A stretch of 63,986 nt of DNA, counting the filler, from an uncultured bacterium (GTDB lineage: Bacteria > Auribacterota > CAZIXI01): NCBI GenBank assembly GCA_964543115.1. It is 4 parts of 4 records of this genome, joined end to end, with 100 filler letters (N's around TTAATTAATTAA, not from the genome) between each part and the next. Parts side by side here need not be neighbours in the genome. Positions count along the whole stretch, not along the records: positions 52,219 to 63,986 come from CAZIXI010000094.1; 3 more parts are not named here. The stretch is one strand, 5' to 3'. Shown piece after piece: positions 52,220 through 61,397 of the stretch. Each line of letters starts with the position of its first letter. The first letter of the stretch is position 1. The notes under the pieces are model-generated. The model did no database searches and was not told the origin of the DNA. It worked only from the letters and a program-made list of their open reading frames with translations. Made by a program: the position numbers and the translations under genes.

Positions 52220-54043
52220 TTACGGGTATTGGACTTGAGTGAATATGATTTGGAAGAAAAATTCCTCCTTTACTCTGCGGCGCCGGCCAGCGGTAAGGGA
52301 GCGGTGATGGATCTTACCTTTAAAGGGGTTGGGGCTCCTTATAGTGATATTGTGCAGAAACTCTTATTGCATCATACGCGCAAACCGCGGGTAGAGAAAG
52401 GTGAGCGGGATGGAGAGCATTATCATTTTGGTAAACGGCATGTTGGTGATGAAGAAAAGAATAGATTATGGGTCCTCTATCAGGCGGGGAAAATATATGT
52501 TGCCTATGTGAATAAGCAAATGCAGGGGATGGCCAAGGATGATTTTATTGAAGTAGTTGGTGTGCACGAGAGTGATCCTTCGGAAGAAATTTTAGCGGAT
52601 GATGAGATTGTTGATCAGGGAGAGGATGAGGATGGCAAGTATGTATTAGTAGAGCGTCCGATTAAGGGATTGCTCAAGGCCTTTGGGGACAAAAAGGTTA
52701 CTATTCTGGAAGGCGGTTATGGCTGGTATCGGGCAATCAAAAGTGATAAGCAGCGGGTATTTACGATATTTATTTCTCCGTTTGAGGATGAGGAGTTAGA
52801 GTTAAGGACCATTAATAAAAAAGTGGTTGATTACACATTTGTTGATCCGGAAGAGCGGTTTAAAGCCTATTGGATCATAAATAATCTGCGGAGAGAAGTT
52901 GGCCGGGAAAAGATTAATTTAGAAGTTAATCATTTGTTAAGAAAGGAATTGATGAAGAGGATGGATCAGCCGCTGGAGGCTTTTGATTTACGTGAGGGCA
53001 CGGCAAATGGCCGGCATAATGCCCGGATGATTGAGTCTCTGCAGTTTATCGCTGATTTGAATAACTTGTTGGAAAAGTATTTTCAATCCTCATTCAGGAT
53101 TGATACAGCGGAGGATGTGGCCCTGGCCAAGGAACTGGCTTATGAGGTGCAGATGAAGTTGATTAAGGATCGCGGAGAGAAGATATACAGATTGGCCAGG
53201 CCCACTGCCGAGATAGAGAAGACGGCTGATTTCAGTGAAGAGGAAGATGCCTATAACCGGGTATTAGAGGGTGTGGTACAGATCATGCTGCGTAATGAAT
53301 ATAAGGAAAATGGTACTGGGGCAGTGGTCTACAATCAATTTGTCTGGAGTGGAATAGTCAGGGATGTTGAAGAACAGGTTGCCCGTATTTCCGAAGAATT
53401 TTGTCGGGAGTATTTTGCCTATTTATTAAAAGCGATGCGGAAAAATATCAGTGAGCGGGATCTTGCCTCCCCGATGCCGGAACCCTCTGCGGATGGTTTA
53501 ACGGCGGATCAGGAGAGGGCCTTGGAGCGGATTAGTGAGTTAGAAGCTAAGCCGAATTTAGCCAAGGCGGATTTAGCGTATTTGCCGCTAGAGGGTGAGA
53601 TTACCAGGGAACGCCTGTTAGCGGTTTTGGCAGACTTGCGGCAGGAAGTGGAGCGGAATCCGCGGTCTGCCGCGGCCGTGCTTATGCTTCTGGAAGACAG
53701 AGAACCTGAAATAATGGGGACAGAGCGGACGCGTCTGCCGGTAGTAGGTGCGGAGATTTTTCGCGGGTTTACAGCAGAGATGATCGGATCGCTATTGGGC
53801 GGGATAGTCGGTGAGCAGGGCCGGGTAGTCGTTGTCGGCTCTGCCGCCGATAATGAAATTGAGCGAATATTGCAAATCGTCCAGGCCCAAGGTCATATAC
53901 AAATACCGCTAGAACTTAAACAAATATTGGCAGCGCACGGAATTGAGTCGGATATTATCGCGCCGCCGGAAATTGTTCTGAGAGAGGGCAGTTATGATGC
54001 TGAGGCATCGAGGCTGAGTATGTTGGTGGACATAGCCGCGTAA
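52220..54043 (+). CDS. C-terminal part of a large protein with a guanylate kinase-like domain and the family C-terminal motif; 5'-truncated
   Basis: YSAAPASGKG P-loop, HTRKPRVEKGERDGEHYHF, ILEGG, IFISP. Frame is open to the contig start; ends LVDIAA. Confidence 0.85.
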   Translation, partial: LRVLDLSEYDLEEKFLLYSAAPASGKGAVMDLTFKGVGAPYSDIVQKLLLHHTRKPRVEKGERDGEHYHFGKRHVGDEEKNRLWVLYQAGKIYVAYVNKQMQGMAKDDFIEVVGVHESDPSEEILADDEIVDQGEDEDGKYVLVERPIKGLLKAFGDKKVTILEGGYGWYRAIKSDKQRVFTIFISPFEDEELELRTINKKVVDYTFVDPEERFKAYWIINNLRREVGREKINLEVNHLLRKELMKRMDQPLEAFDLREGTANGRHNARMIESLQFIADLNNLLEKYFQSSFRIDTAEDVALAKELAYEVQMKLIKDRGEKIYRLARPTAEIEKTADFSEEEDAYNRVLEGVVQIMLRNEYKENGTGAVVYNQFVWSGIVRDVEEQVARISEEFCREYFAYLLKAMRKNISERDLASPMPEPSADGLTADQERALERISELEAKPNLAKADLAYLPLEGEITRERLLAVLADLRQEVERNPRSAAAVLMLLEDREPEIMGTERTRLPVVGAEIFRGFTAEMIGSLLGGIVGEQGRVVVVGSAADNEIERILQIVQAQGHIQIPLELKQILAAHGIESDIIAPPEIVLREGSYDAEASRLSMLVDIAA

Positions 54044-54121
54044 AGCAGAGGAATAAAATGTCACAAATTGTGGATTGAAAAATCCGCACGTTGCACGCGA
54101 AATCCGAAAAAGGGGGGCAGC

Positions 54122-57100
54122 ATGAAGAAACATGATTCTTTGCTTAAATTAATTTCGTTAATAATAGTGTCTACTTTTCTTTGGTCAAGTTTCGCCTCCG
54201 CTGCCGGGTATCCATTGGCAGCAGAAAGAAACTGCCTGGCGGCAGCTAGCCAGGTACCGGTTATAACGCCGCAGGCCCGGGTCATGGCCGCCGGCCAGAA
54301 GGCGGTAGTGGAATTACCAATTGGTAGTCCAGCAGAATTTTATTGTCAAGCCAGGTCTGCTTTGAGGGCGGGAACCATAAGCGATTTCCTTGGCAGTAAA
54401 AGCCTGTTAATGACCGATATGGCTGATGGGAGTAAGACTGCCGCTTATACGGTAGAGCCTCATAGCGCGGGGGGCAGGGCCCTTTCCCGGATAACGAGAA
54501 CCAGGGAGGTTAATGATCCGCTTATTCAATTAATTATGAGCTGCTGGCCGGGATTTAATTTTGCTGTACGGCAATTCAGTAAAGGCGGGCAAACCTATTT
54601 TCAACAGATAATAGTAATAGATAATCAACTCGCCGATAGCTTTTTCCAGTCGTTATTGAATTTATTGGCAGAGCGTTTAGGAGAAGTAAGACCTCATAGC
54701 CTAATACAGCAGGATAGTGGTTTAGCGGCAAGGGCAATGAATCGAGAAAATCAGAATCCTCAGCTGCAGCCATTCGGCCCAACTGGTTGGTATCCGGAAT
54801 ATTATTCATTGGCTGATTATTTTGACAGCAGTTACGAGATGAGTCTCGAGCTAACGACTAGAGAGATTAAGCACAAAAAGGAAGATCCGGATGCGGATAA
54901 AAGAAAATTTGCGAGAATGATCGTTCATTGTTTGAAGGATTTGGATACTATCACTAGCAACGGGCCATTAGAGGAATATTGGCAGACGCTAACAGGAAGA
55001 GCTGACAATCAGAATTTGGTGATTAAGGTTAATGATCGGTTGACACACAATTGTGTCAGGTATTTTAATCCCATCAGCAAACAAACGGAGTTTGTCTTTA
55101 GCAAGAATTTTGTCGATACCCTTGTTAATGATTATGAAGAATATCCTGGGGAAGTATTAGTTGTTTTACTGGAGAGATTTTTTCATGAATTAGGGCATAC
55201 GGGGTTAACTTCATACTATCAGACTCTGGAGGAAGAATATCAATTGTTGAAAATGGACATTGAACTGCAGAAAAATCTTGCCGCGGCTGAGCTGCAGGAG
55301 GCGGTTAGTAATTATTTCAGTGTCCGGCAGCCGTCGTTTGTTTCAGGTTACTATTTTGGCCTGATCCAGATGCTGGTTGATCACGAATTACGGGAAGATA
55401 CTGACGAATCCATCCTTGCCCTATTTGACCGATTAATTGCCACGGTGGCTGCTTTGGAGGGGGAATTAAATGAGCTATATCTTTCCGCTGATGAGTATGC
55501 CATAGATAAGGATAGCAGTGAGGCCAGGGATAAAAGGATTCAGCTGGCCTATGAAGAGACTGATCCGGAAAAGGCCGGCAGCCTGATTAACCGTCTGCGG
55601 CAGCTGCCCTGGCTGCAGGGAACTTTTTTGGCCACCTATCTGGATGTATTGAAAAACCGGTCGCTTGCCGCGCAACGGGAATTTTTTCTCTTTTTAGAGA
55701 AAAGAAAGACCGCGGTAATTCCATTAGCACAGTTGAAGACAGTGCGTGTGCCCGGGGTTCAGGTACCCCACCAGCAGGAGGGGGCCCGCTGGGCTCGTCA
55801 ATATTACGGTGTGCACCGGCGCCGAAGGTTTTCTGACGGGATCGGGGTAACGGAGGCGGAAAACGGCCGCGGTATGCAGCAGCGCTGGCATAAGCATGAT
55901 ACGACCCAGGAGATTACTACTTCGATTTGCGATAATACTAGATTAAAAACAGGGCATGAGCTTGCTGTTGGTACGCGGGTTCAGTTAACCTTTATCATGA
56001 TTGATCAGGATGAGGAAACTCAACAAAGTAAAATAGAAATACGGTATGAACAGGAAGAAATCAGCCGGCAGATTAATTCTATTAAACGTGAATATCAGAT
56101 AAGTAGACTGCAGATTGAATTACTGGATGATCGTGAGCCAGTAGAGATAGAATTGGCGGAGATAGCTCCGGGTAGGTATGTGTTGATGGTTATTGATAAT
56201 GAGATGGATGTGCCGTTTGGCCATGTGGTAGAGATGCCGAAAAATACTTTTCATACCTTAAGTAATAACTCGGCTACCGTGCCCAGTGTAGATTTTACGG
56301 TTAAGGATCCGTTGACACAGCTTATTAAAACCTATGAGCCCCCGGAAGAAATGGTTGTTGCTGAGGTTGCGGTTCGGGGATTGACGGAAGAAACAAAAGA
56401 GTGGGGGAATAAATATGTGCATAACTACGGTCATTATTATTCAGATTTGCTCATTGATGAGCAGACCGGAGAGATGTATCAACGGATAGAATACAGCCTG
56501 ACGCCGGCTGGGGATAAGGTTGCCCGGACGATGCCGATAATGTATCGGCCGGTGGAAGTTACTCTTGAACTCTATACGGTTAAGCGCGAAGAAGAAAGTG
56601 AACGGATACCGTTTACTCCTTTCCAGGACGGTACGCAGGTAATCAGGATTTTCCCCTGGCCGCGGCAGATTCCCGAAGATGCCCAGGCGGCGCAAGATGA
56701 TCATGCCTGGGTCATTGACCGCGATGCCGAAAAACTGCAGGCAGAGGTGATTATTTATCACGAAGAGGGCCACGAAGTCGAGAGACTTCCGGCACGGGGC
56801 GGTGATCTGGTTTTGCTGGATGCTTCCCTGCGGGAAAAATACGGAAATTTTACTTTCCGGGTCCGCAATCTAACAGAGACCGTACCACAGTGGCTGGATA
56901 GTGATAACACGACAATTATGTTTTTTACCATGGTCCCGCAATGGGATTTATTGGAGATATTTAAGAATTTTGTTGAATTTATGGGGATAGAAAAAAATGA
57001 TGTACAGAAGGCGATAATGGCCAGGTTGTCGAACTTTCTGGGTGAGTTAGCGGAAGAGGATTTGATTGTTTGCCTGGAATGGCTATTGACGCAGGAGGAG

Positions 57101-60100
57101 GAGATAAGCGCGGATGTAATGGCTAATTTTATCCGCTCATTGATTGAGGCCTTTCCTCAAGGACTGGCGCATTTTGGCCGCTTACAGCAGAAGTTTATGG
57201 TTTATTCCGGGCCGCCGGCCGGCGGCAAGGGTGAGGTAATGGATGCTACTTTTGAACGGGGAATCGGCCGTTTCAGTGATATTATTGGTAAGTTGATCCT
57301 TTATCATACTAGAGAACCGCGGCTGGTAAAAGGTGAAAAAGACGGGGTGAAGTATCATTTTAGAGTAGCGAAAAGATTAACGGATTTAGAGCAGGATGGT
57401 GACATTATAACGGCCATAGTAAATTTGCAGTTGCAGGGATTAGCGAAGAAAGATTATACCGAAGAGGGAGTTGTGGTTACAGATATTAATAATGTTGTGG
57501 AATTGAAAGAAGGGGATGAGATTGTCGGAATAGAAGGGGAGAGCCTGATTGTTATTAGGGAGACGCAAGAAGTAACCTTACCTGTGTATATTTCCGGGAT
57601 GACAATGGCTGTCTTTCTGCCGGGAGATATTATTACCTCTATTGATCCGGCTGGAAATCAGATAACGGTGGAGAGAAATATTAAAGGGCTTTCGTCTGTT
57701 TTCAGCGGAGAACAGCCGGTAATCCTGGAAGGAGGGTATGGCTGGTTTCTTAGTGTAAAAAAACAGTTTCCTGATGCAACCACCGCCTTTATCTGTCCGT
57801 TTACTGATGATGAAATCGAAATGCGCCTGCGCAATATGGAATGGATTACTAAAGAATATGCCGAGCCCTGGCAGATAATGATTGCCCAGCGTGAGATGAT
57901 GAAACTTATCGAAGAGAACAGGGGTGAGCTCCTGATTGCAGGAAATGAGGAATTTGAAGAGAGAATAAGAGAGCAGGTGGAGATAGAAAAAATGGAACGG
58001 GATAACGCGGCGTTAATTGAATCTAAAAAAATCATCAATGATCTTGATCTTTACCTGCGGAATTATTTTGATAAACCGCCTGTTTCGCCAAGGCTGCATT
58101 CTCTTGTCCGGGCCTTGGCCTATGAAATGAATAGCAGGCTGTCTGCCCGGGATGGATACGTCAGGTTAAAGGATGAGGCCGAGGGTGTGGAAAGGTACCA
58201 CAAGGTATTGGAGGCGATCATTCAGATTCTTTATCGAGGAGAATATGGAACGGTACTGGTCCTGCCTCAGGGGATTTCTGAAGCCGATATGGAAAAGATG
58301 GGGGAACAGTTTGCCAAGGAGTTCTTTCTTTGTTTGATTGAGGCTGTTTTGCGGACGCCGCAAAGCAGAAGGGATAAGATTTGCCGGGCCTTGTTAAGGG
58401 AACATGTTAGGCCGGCGGCCATGAGTGCCCGGCAATTAGCCGTCTATCTCAAGCGGATGATTAATGTGCCTGGTGGATTGCAGAAGTTTGGGGATTTAGA
58501 GCAAAAAATGTTTTTATTTTCTGGTCCTCCTGAGGGGGGGAAGAGAAAGGTGCTGGAAGCAATCATGGGAACCAGTGAGCTTGGTTTTGAAGAAATGTTG
58601 GGGAAACTGCTGATCTATCATACCCGTAAACCCGCTGATCGCAATGGCCGGCAGGAGAAAGATGGAGTGGATTATCATTTCCGGGAAGAGGCCCGCTTGC
58701 GGGAGTTAGCAGAAGACGGTCAAGTTATCACAGCTTGGATTAATCGGCAGCTGCAGGGATTGGCTAAGCGGGGATTTTTGGAAGAAGAGATAGAAATTAT
58801 TAATGTAGAAGGAACTGATCGGTTACAAGAAGGAGATATTGTATTTGCTGTTACCCCTGATGGCATGTTGGATGTGTCCAGAGCGGGGGAAAGAGAATTG
58901 TTAGCTGTTTCTCTAACTGATCAAAAGCGAGGGATGTTCGTTCCCGGGGATTTGATTTCTTCTATTGATGAGGAGGGTGGACGGGTTACTGTTAGCAGGA
59001 AAATAAAAGGATTAGATTCGGTGTTTTCCGGAGGGAAACCAGTGTTGATGGAAGGGGGATATGGCTGGTTCTTGCGTGTTATGGAGAAATATCCGGAGAT
59101 TCCCACCGTTTTTATTTCACCGTTTAGTGATGAAGATATCGCCCTGCGGCAACGCAACATGGAGTGGATGCGGCGGGAATTTACCCAGCCTTGGGAGAAA
59201 ATGATGGCCCAGAGAGAGATGTTTGCTATTATTGCAGAAGTTGGCGAGGAGATAGATATCGAAGAAAATGATGAATATAAGCAGAGGATAAAGCACAGGG
59301 TAATGATCGAGCAGATTGAAGAGGATAATGCCAGAATGATTGAGGAAGATCTTATTCTAGATTTTAATCATTATATCCACAAGAATTTTGGTAAACCGGT
59401 TATTAGGGCCGAACAGCATCTGTTGGTACAGGCCCTGGGCTACGAGGTGAGCCGGCGTCTTTTCAGCCGGGATGGGTATTTAAGATTCAATGAGGGGAGC
59501 AAAGGAAAAGATCGTTATAACCGGGTGATGGAGGGAGTGATTCAGATTCTTTACCGAGAGGAATATGGTAAGGTGTTTGCCAATCCTTGGCAGTACACAA
59601 AAGAAGAATTTATTGCTACGATCAGCGACCTGCGGGAAAGATTTGCCAAGTATTTCCTTTGTAATATCCTGCGAGGGGTCAGAGATAATTTGGCTGCTGA
59701 GGCAGGTGGAGTACAGTCACCTATTTCCCGTAAGGGTAAGGGCACGGAAGAAAAACCGGCAGGAGAAATTAAAATCACTCCGGAAGGATCAATTACCGAA
59801 AGTGCGGATGTTGCGGAGGAAGGATTACGGTTGGTAGATAAAATCCTCAGGGATATAAGGGCAAAATGGGGTGTTGGTGTCTTTGGCGTGGCCAGAAAAA
59901 TCAGGTTTGTCGATAACCTTGGCGGGTTAAGATCAGATGAGGAAGGAACTGCCTCTGAGTACCGACACGCAGTCAGAGAAATTTTAGTAGATATCGATGC
60001 CTTGAAAGATGAAAGGATACTATTTAATTGTTTAGAACACGAATTAGTTCACAGTATCGGCGCACTGGTGCAGAAAGATGAAAGCAGGCGGAGCGCGGCA

Positions 60101-61075
60101 GTGATGGAAGCAGCGGCTGAATATATCAGTCTATTGAGCCTGCTGGATCTAGAAGAGAGTAGTTTAGAGGAAGTTATTGCCAACCTCAGTGACGCGGGGA
60201 ATGGCCTAGATAGTCAGGGCTTTGCTCAATTGCTGCGATTTATTGTCGATAAGGGTATTACTGATGAAGATCAGCGGATCGCCTTAGTGATTAGTTATAT
60301 ATTAACTACAACCCGCTACGCGGAAGAAGCGGCGGGATTTCAGGAAATTCTCGGCGCGGAAGTTGAAGATGCGGGAGAACGAATTAGACTGGCGATGGCT
60401 GTTTATGGAGATTTGATTAAAGCCACAGAGGCTTTGGCACCGGTGGTTAAACAGGTGAAAGAGGCAACAGCGAGTATTAAGGCAGTTAGCAAGGTTAAGA
60501 TGATTATGAGCGGTATCGAGTTAATTGAAATGGATTTAATGGATAGCCTATTGGTTAACGGTAAGTTTGTCCGGATTGATATTGATGAGCTGGCAAAGCC
60601 GGGAAATAAATATATCTTGGAATGGCTGCAGAAAATCTCTGCCGCAAAAGAAGAAAGTCCGTTTATCTTTTATTCTACTTCCGGCACTGGTGTGTCCGAA
60701 TTTGTAGACAGTAACAGTTTAGTTCAGGCTCAGCTGCCGGCAGATATTAAGGCTGTTGATGTTATTGATCTCATTGAACCCGTACAGGTAAATGATCAAT
60801 TAACCGCGGATCGACTTTATTTGCCGTTACCATATTCAGTGAGTGGTATTTATCTGGCTGCCCAGGTAGTGCTGGCAGAAGGGGATGTGAAGCAAATCCA
60901 GGATAAATTGGCCTTTAATACTTTACGGGCATTATTTATGTCGTTAGGGGTTGAGGAAGCTAAACTTAACGCGCTTTTTCGCACCCCTTGGCTGGTATTG
61001 CCGCCGGTAACCAAGATTACAGAATCCCTTAACGCCTTACGCCAGGCCATTATCCAGGTAGAAAAAGCCGCCTAA
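54122..61075 (+). CDS. Exported 2317-aa multidomain protein: signal peptide, HExxH module, cupin, two guanylate kinase-like domains, HExxH module, family C-terminal motif
   Basis: ATG at 54122 after a GGGGGG RBS (MKKHDSLLKLISLIIVSTFLWSSFASA...CLAAASQ). FFHELGH, HKH...E and PKNTFH cupin motifs, two GPPxGGK/HTRxPR...DGVxYHF domains, HELVH, ends VEKAA. Confidence 0.92.
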   Translation: MKKHDSLLKLISLIIVSTFLWSSFASAAGYPLAAERNCLAAASQVPVITPQARVMAAGQKAVVELPIGSPAEFYCQARSALRAGTISDFLGSKSLLMTDMADGSKTAAYTVEPHSAGGRALSRITRTREVNDPLIQLIMSCWPGFNFAVRQFSKGGQTYFQQIIVIDNQLADSFFQSLLNLLAERLGEVRPHSLIQQDSGLAARAMNRENQNPQLQPFGPTGWYPEYYSLADYFDSSYEMSLELTTREIKHKKEDPDADKRKFARMIVHCLKDLDTITSNGPLEEYWQTLTGRADNQNLVIKVNDRLTHNCVRYFNPISKQTEFVFSKNFVDTLVNDYEEYPGEVLVVLLERFFHELGHTGLTSYYQTLEEEYQLLKMDIELQKNLAAAELQEAVSNYFSVRQPSFVSGYYFGLIQMLVDHELREDTDESILALFDRLIATVAALEGELNELYLSADEYAIDKDSSEARDKRIQLAYEETDPEKAGSLINRLRQLPWLQGTFLATYLDVLKNRSLAAQREFFLFLEKRKTAVIPLAQLKTVRVPGVQVPHQQEGARWARQYYGVHRRRRFSDGIGVTEAENGRGMQQRWHKHDTTQEITTSICDNTRLKTGHELAVGTRVQLTFIMIDQDEETQQSKIEIRYEQEEISRQINSIKREYQISRLQIELLDDREPVEIELAEIAPGRYVLMVIDNEMDVPFGHVVEMPKNTFHTLSNNSATVPSVDFTVKDPLTQLIKTYEPPEEMVVAEVAVRGLTEETKEWGNKYVHNYGHYYSDLLIDEQTGEMYQRIEYSLTPAGDKVARTMPIMYRPVEVTLELYTVKREEESERIPFTPFQDGTQVIRIFPWPRQIPEDAQAAQDDHAWVIDRDAEKLQAEVIIYHEEGHEVERLPARGGDLVLLDASLREKYGNFTFRVRNLTETVPQWLDSDNTTIMFFTMVPQWDLLEIFKNFVEFMGIEKNDVQKAIMARLSNFLGELAEEDLIVCLEWLLTQEEEISADVMANFIRSLIEAFPQGLAHFGRLQQKFMVYSGPPAGGKGEVMDATFERGIGRFSDIIGKLILYHTREPRLVKGEKDGVKYHFRVAKRLTDLEQDGDIITAIVNLQLQGLAKKDYTEEGVVVTDINNVVELKEGDEIVGIEGESLIVIRETQEVTLPVYISGMTMAVFLPGDIITSIDPAGNQITVERNIKGLSSVFSGEQPVILEGGYGWFLSVKKQFPDATTAFICPFTDDEIEMRLRNMEWITKEYAEPWQIMIAQREMMKLIEENRGELLIAGNEEFEERIREQVEIEKMERDNAALIESKKIINDLDLYLRNYFDKPPVSPRLHSLVRALAYEMNSRLSARDGYVRLKDEAEGVERYHKVLEAIIQILYRGEYGTVLVLPQGISEADMEKMGEQFAKEFFLCLIEAVLRTPQSRRDKICRALLREHVRPAAMSARQLAVYLKRMINVPGGLQKFGDLEQKMFLFSGPPEGGKRKVLEAIMGTSELGFEEMLGKLLIYHTRKPADRNGRQEKDGVDYHFREEARLRELAEDGQVITAWINRQLQGLAKRGFLEEEIEIINVEGTDRLQEGDIVFAVTPDGMLDVSRAGERELLAVSLTDQKRGMFVPGDLISSIDEEGGRVTVSRKIKGLDSVFSGGKPVLMEGGYGWFLRVMEKYPEIPTVFISPFSDEDIALRQRNMEWMRREFTQPWEKMMAQREMFAIIAEVGEEIDIEENDEYKQRIKHRVMIEQIEEDNARMIEEDLILDFNHYIHKNFGKPVIRAEQHLLVQALGYEVSRRLFSRDGYLRFNEGSKGKDRYNRVMEGVIQILYREEYGKVFANPWQYTKEEFIATISDLRERFAKYFLCNILRGVRDNLAAEAGGVQSPISRKGKGTEEKPAGEIKITPEGSITESADVAEEGLRLVDKILRDIRAKWGVGVFGVARKIRFVDNLGGLRSDEEGTASEYRHAVREILVDIDALKDERILFNCLEHELVHSIGALVQKDESRRSAAVMEAAAEYISLLSLLDLEESSLEEVIANLSDAGNGLDSQGFAQLLRFIVDKGITDEDQRIALVISYILTTTRYAEEAAGFQEILGAEVEDAGERIRLAMAVYGDLIKATEALAPVVKQVKEATASIKAVSKVKMIMSGIELIEMDLMDSLLVNGKFVRIDIDELAKPGNKYILEWLQKISAAKEESPFIFYSTSGTGVSEFVDSNSLVQAQLPADIKAVDVIDLIEPVQVNDQLTADRLYLPLPYSVSGIYLAAQVVLAEGDVKQIQDKLAFNTLRALFMSLGVEEAKLNALFRTPWLVLPPVTKITESLNALRQAIIQVEKAA

Positions 61076-61167
61076 TTCCGTGCGTATTACTCAAGAGTCA
61101 GCAGAAAACTCCAATGAGGTTTTTTGTTGACATATATTCAGTATTGCGCGGTTATTTATTTTGGCTA

Positions 61168-61196
61168 TTGACAGGGGCTGATTTTCATGGCATGTT
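61168..61196 (+). promoter_or_regulatory. Sigma70-like promoter upstream of riboswitch 1
   Basis: TTGACA-17 nt (ending TGG)-CATGTT; a second TTGACA at 61127. Confidence 0.5.
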
Positions 61197-61218
61197 CTAG
61201 TAGAATATAAATATATAC

Positions 61219-61296
61219 ACCGGATAAAGGGCAAATTTGCCGTAAGGCGAAGACGCAAAGTTCCGGTCCCTGAGGGGGGAGGCCGAACTGCCGAAG
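61219..61296 (+). ncRNA. c-di-GMP-I (GEMM) riboswitch aptamer
   Basis: GGGCAAA-TTTGCC-GTAA-GGCGAA-GACGCAAA-GTTCCGGTCCC...GGCCGAAC-TGCCGAA: P2 capped by a GNRA loop, GACGCAAA junction, P3 stem, G at the G20-equivalent position. Confidence 0.9.
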
Positions 61297-61342
61297 TGAC
61301 CCTATTTTAAAATGGGTGATTTCAGCAATTCGGTTTTTTTTT
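61283..61342 (+). terminator. Intrinsic terminator overlapping the 3' side of riboswitch 1 (expression platform)
   Basis: CCGAA...ACCC-loop-GGGT...TTCGG hairpin followed by T9. Confidence 0.8.
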
Positions 61343-61397
61343 GTCGCGTATTGGGGAAAAAGCTATGAATAGTTGTTACTTAAATAAAGAGATTTAT

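Noticed and set aside
54080..54106. AAATCCG direct repeat, 20 bp apart, upstream of the 2317-aa gene
   Set aside because: Only two short copies; cannot be distinguished from chance.
61341..61397. Track start sites at 61341, 54068, 30671, 23322 and 32266
   Set aside because: Downstream starts (61398, 54122, 30659, 23472, 32290) fit signal peptides, RBS position or stop-start overlaps better; the 61341 start lies inside the terminator T-run.
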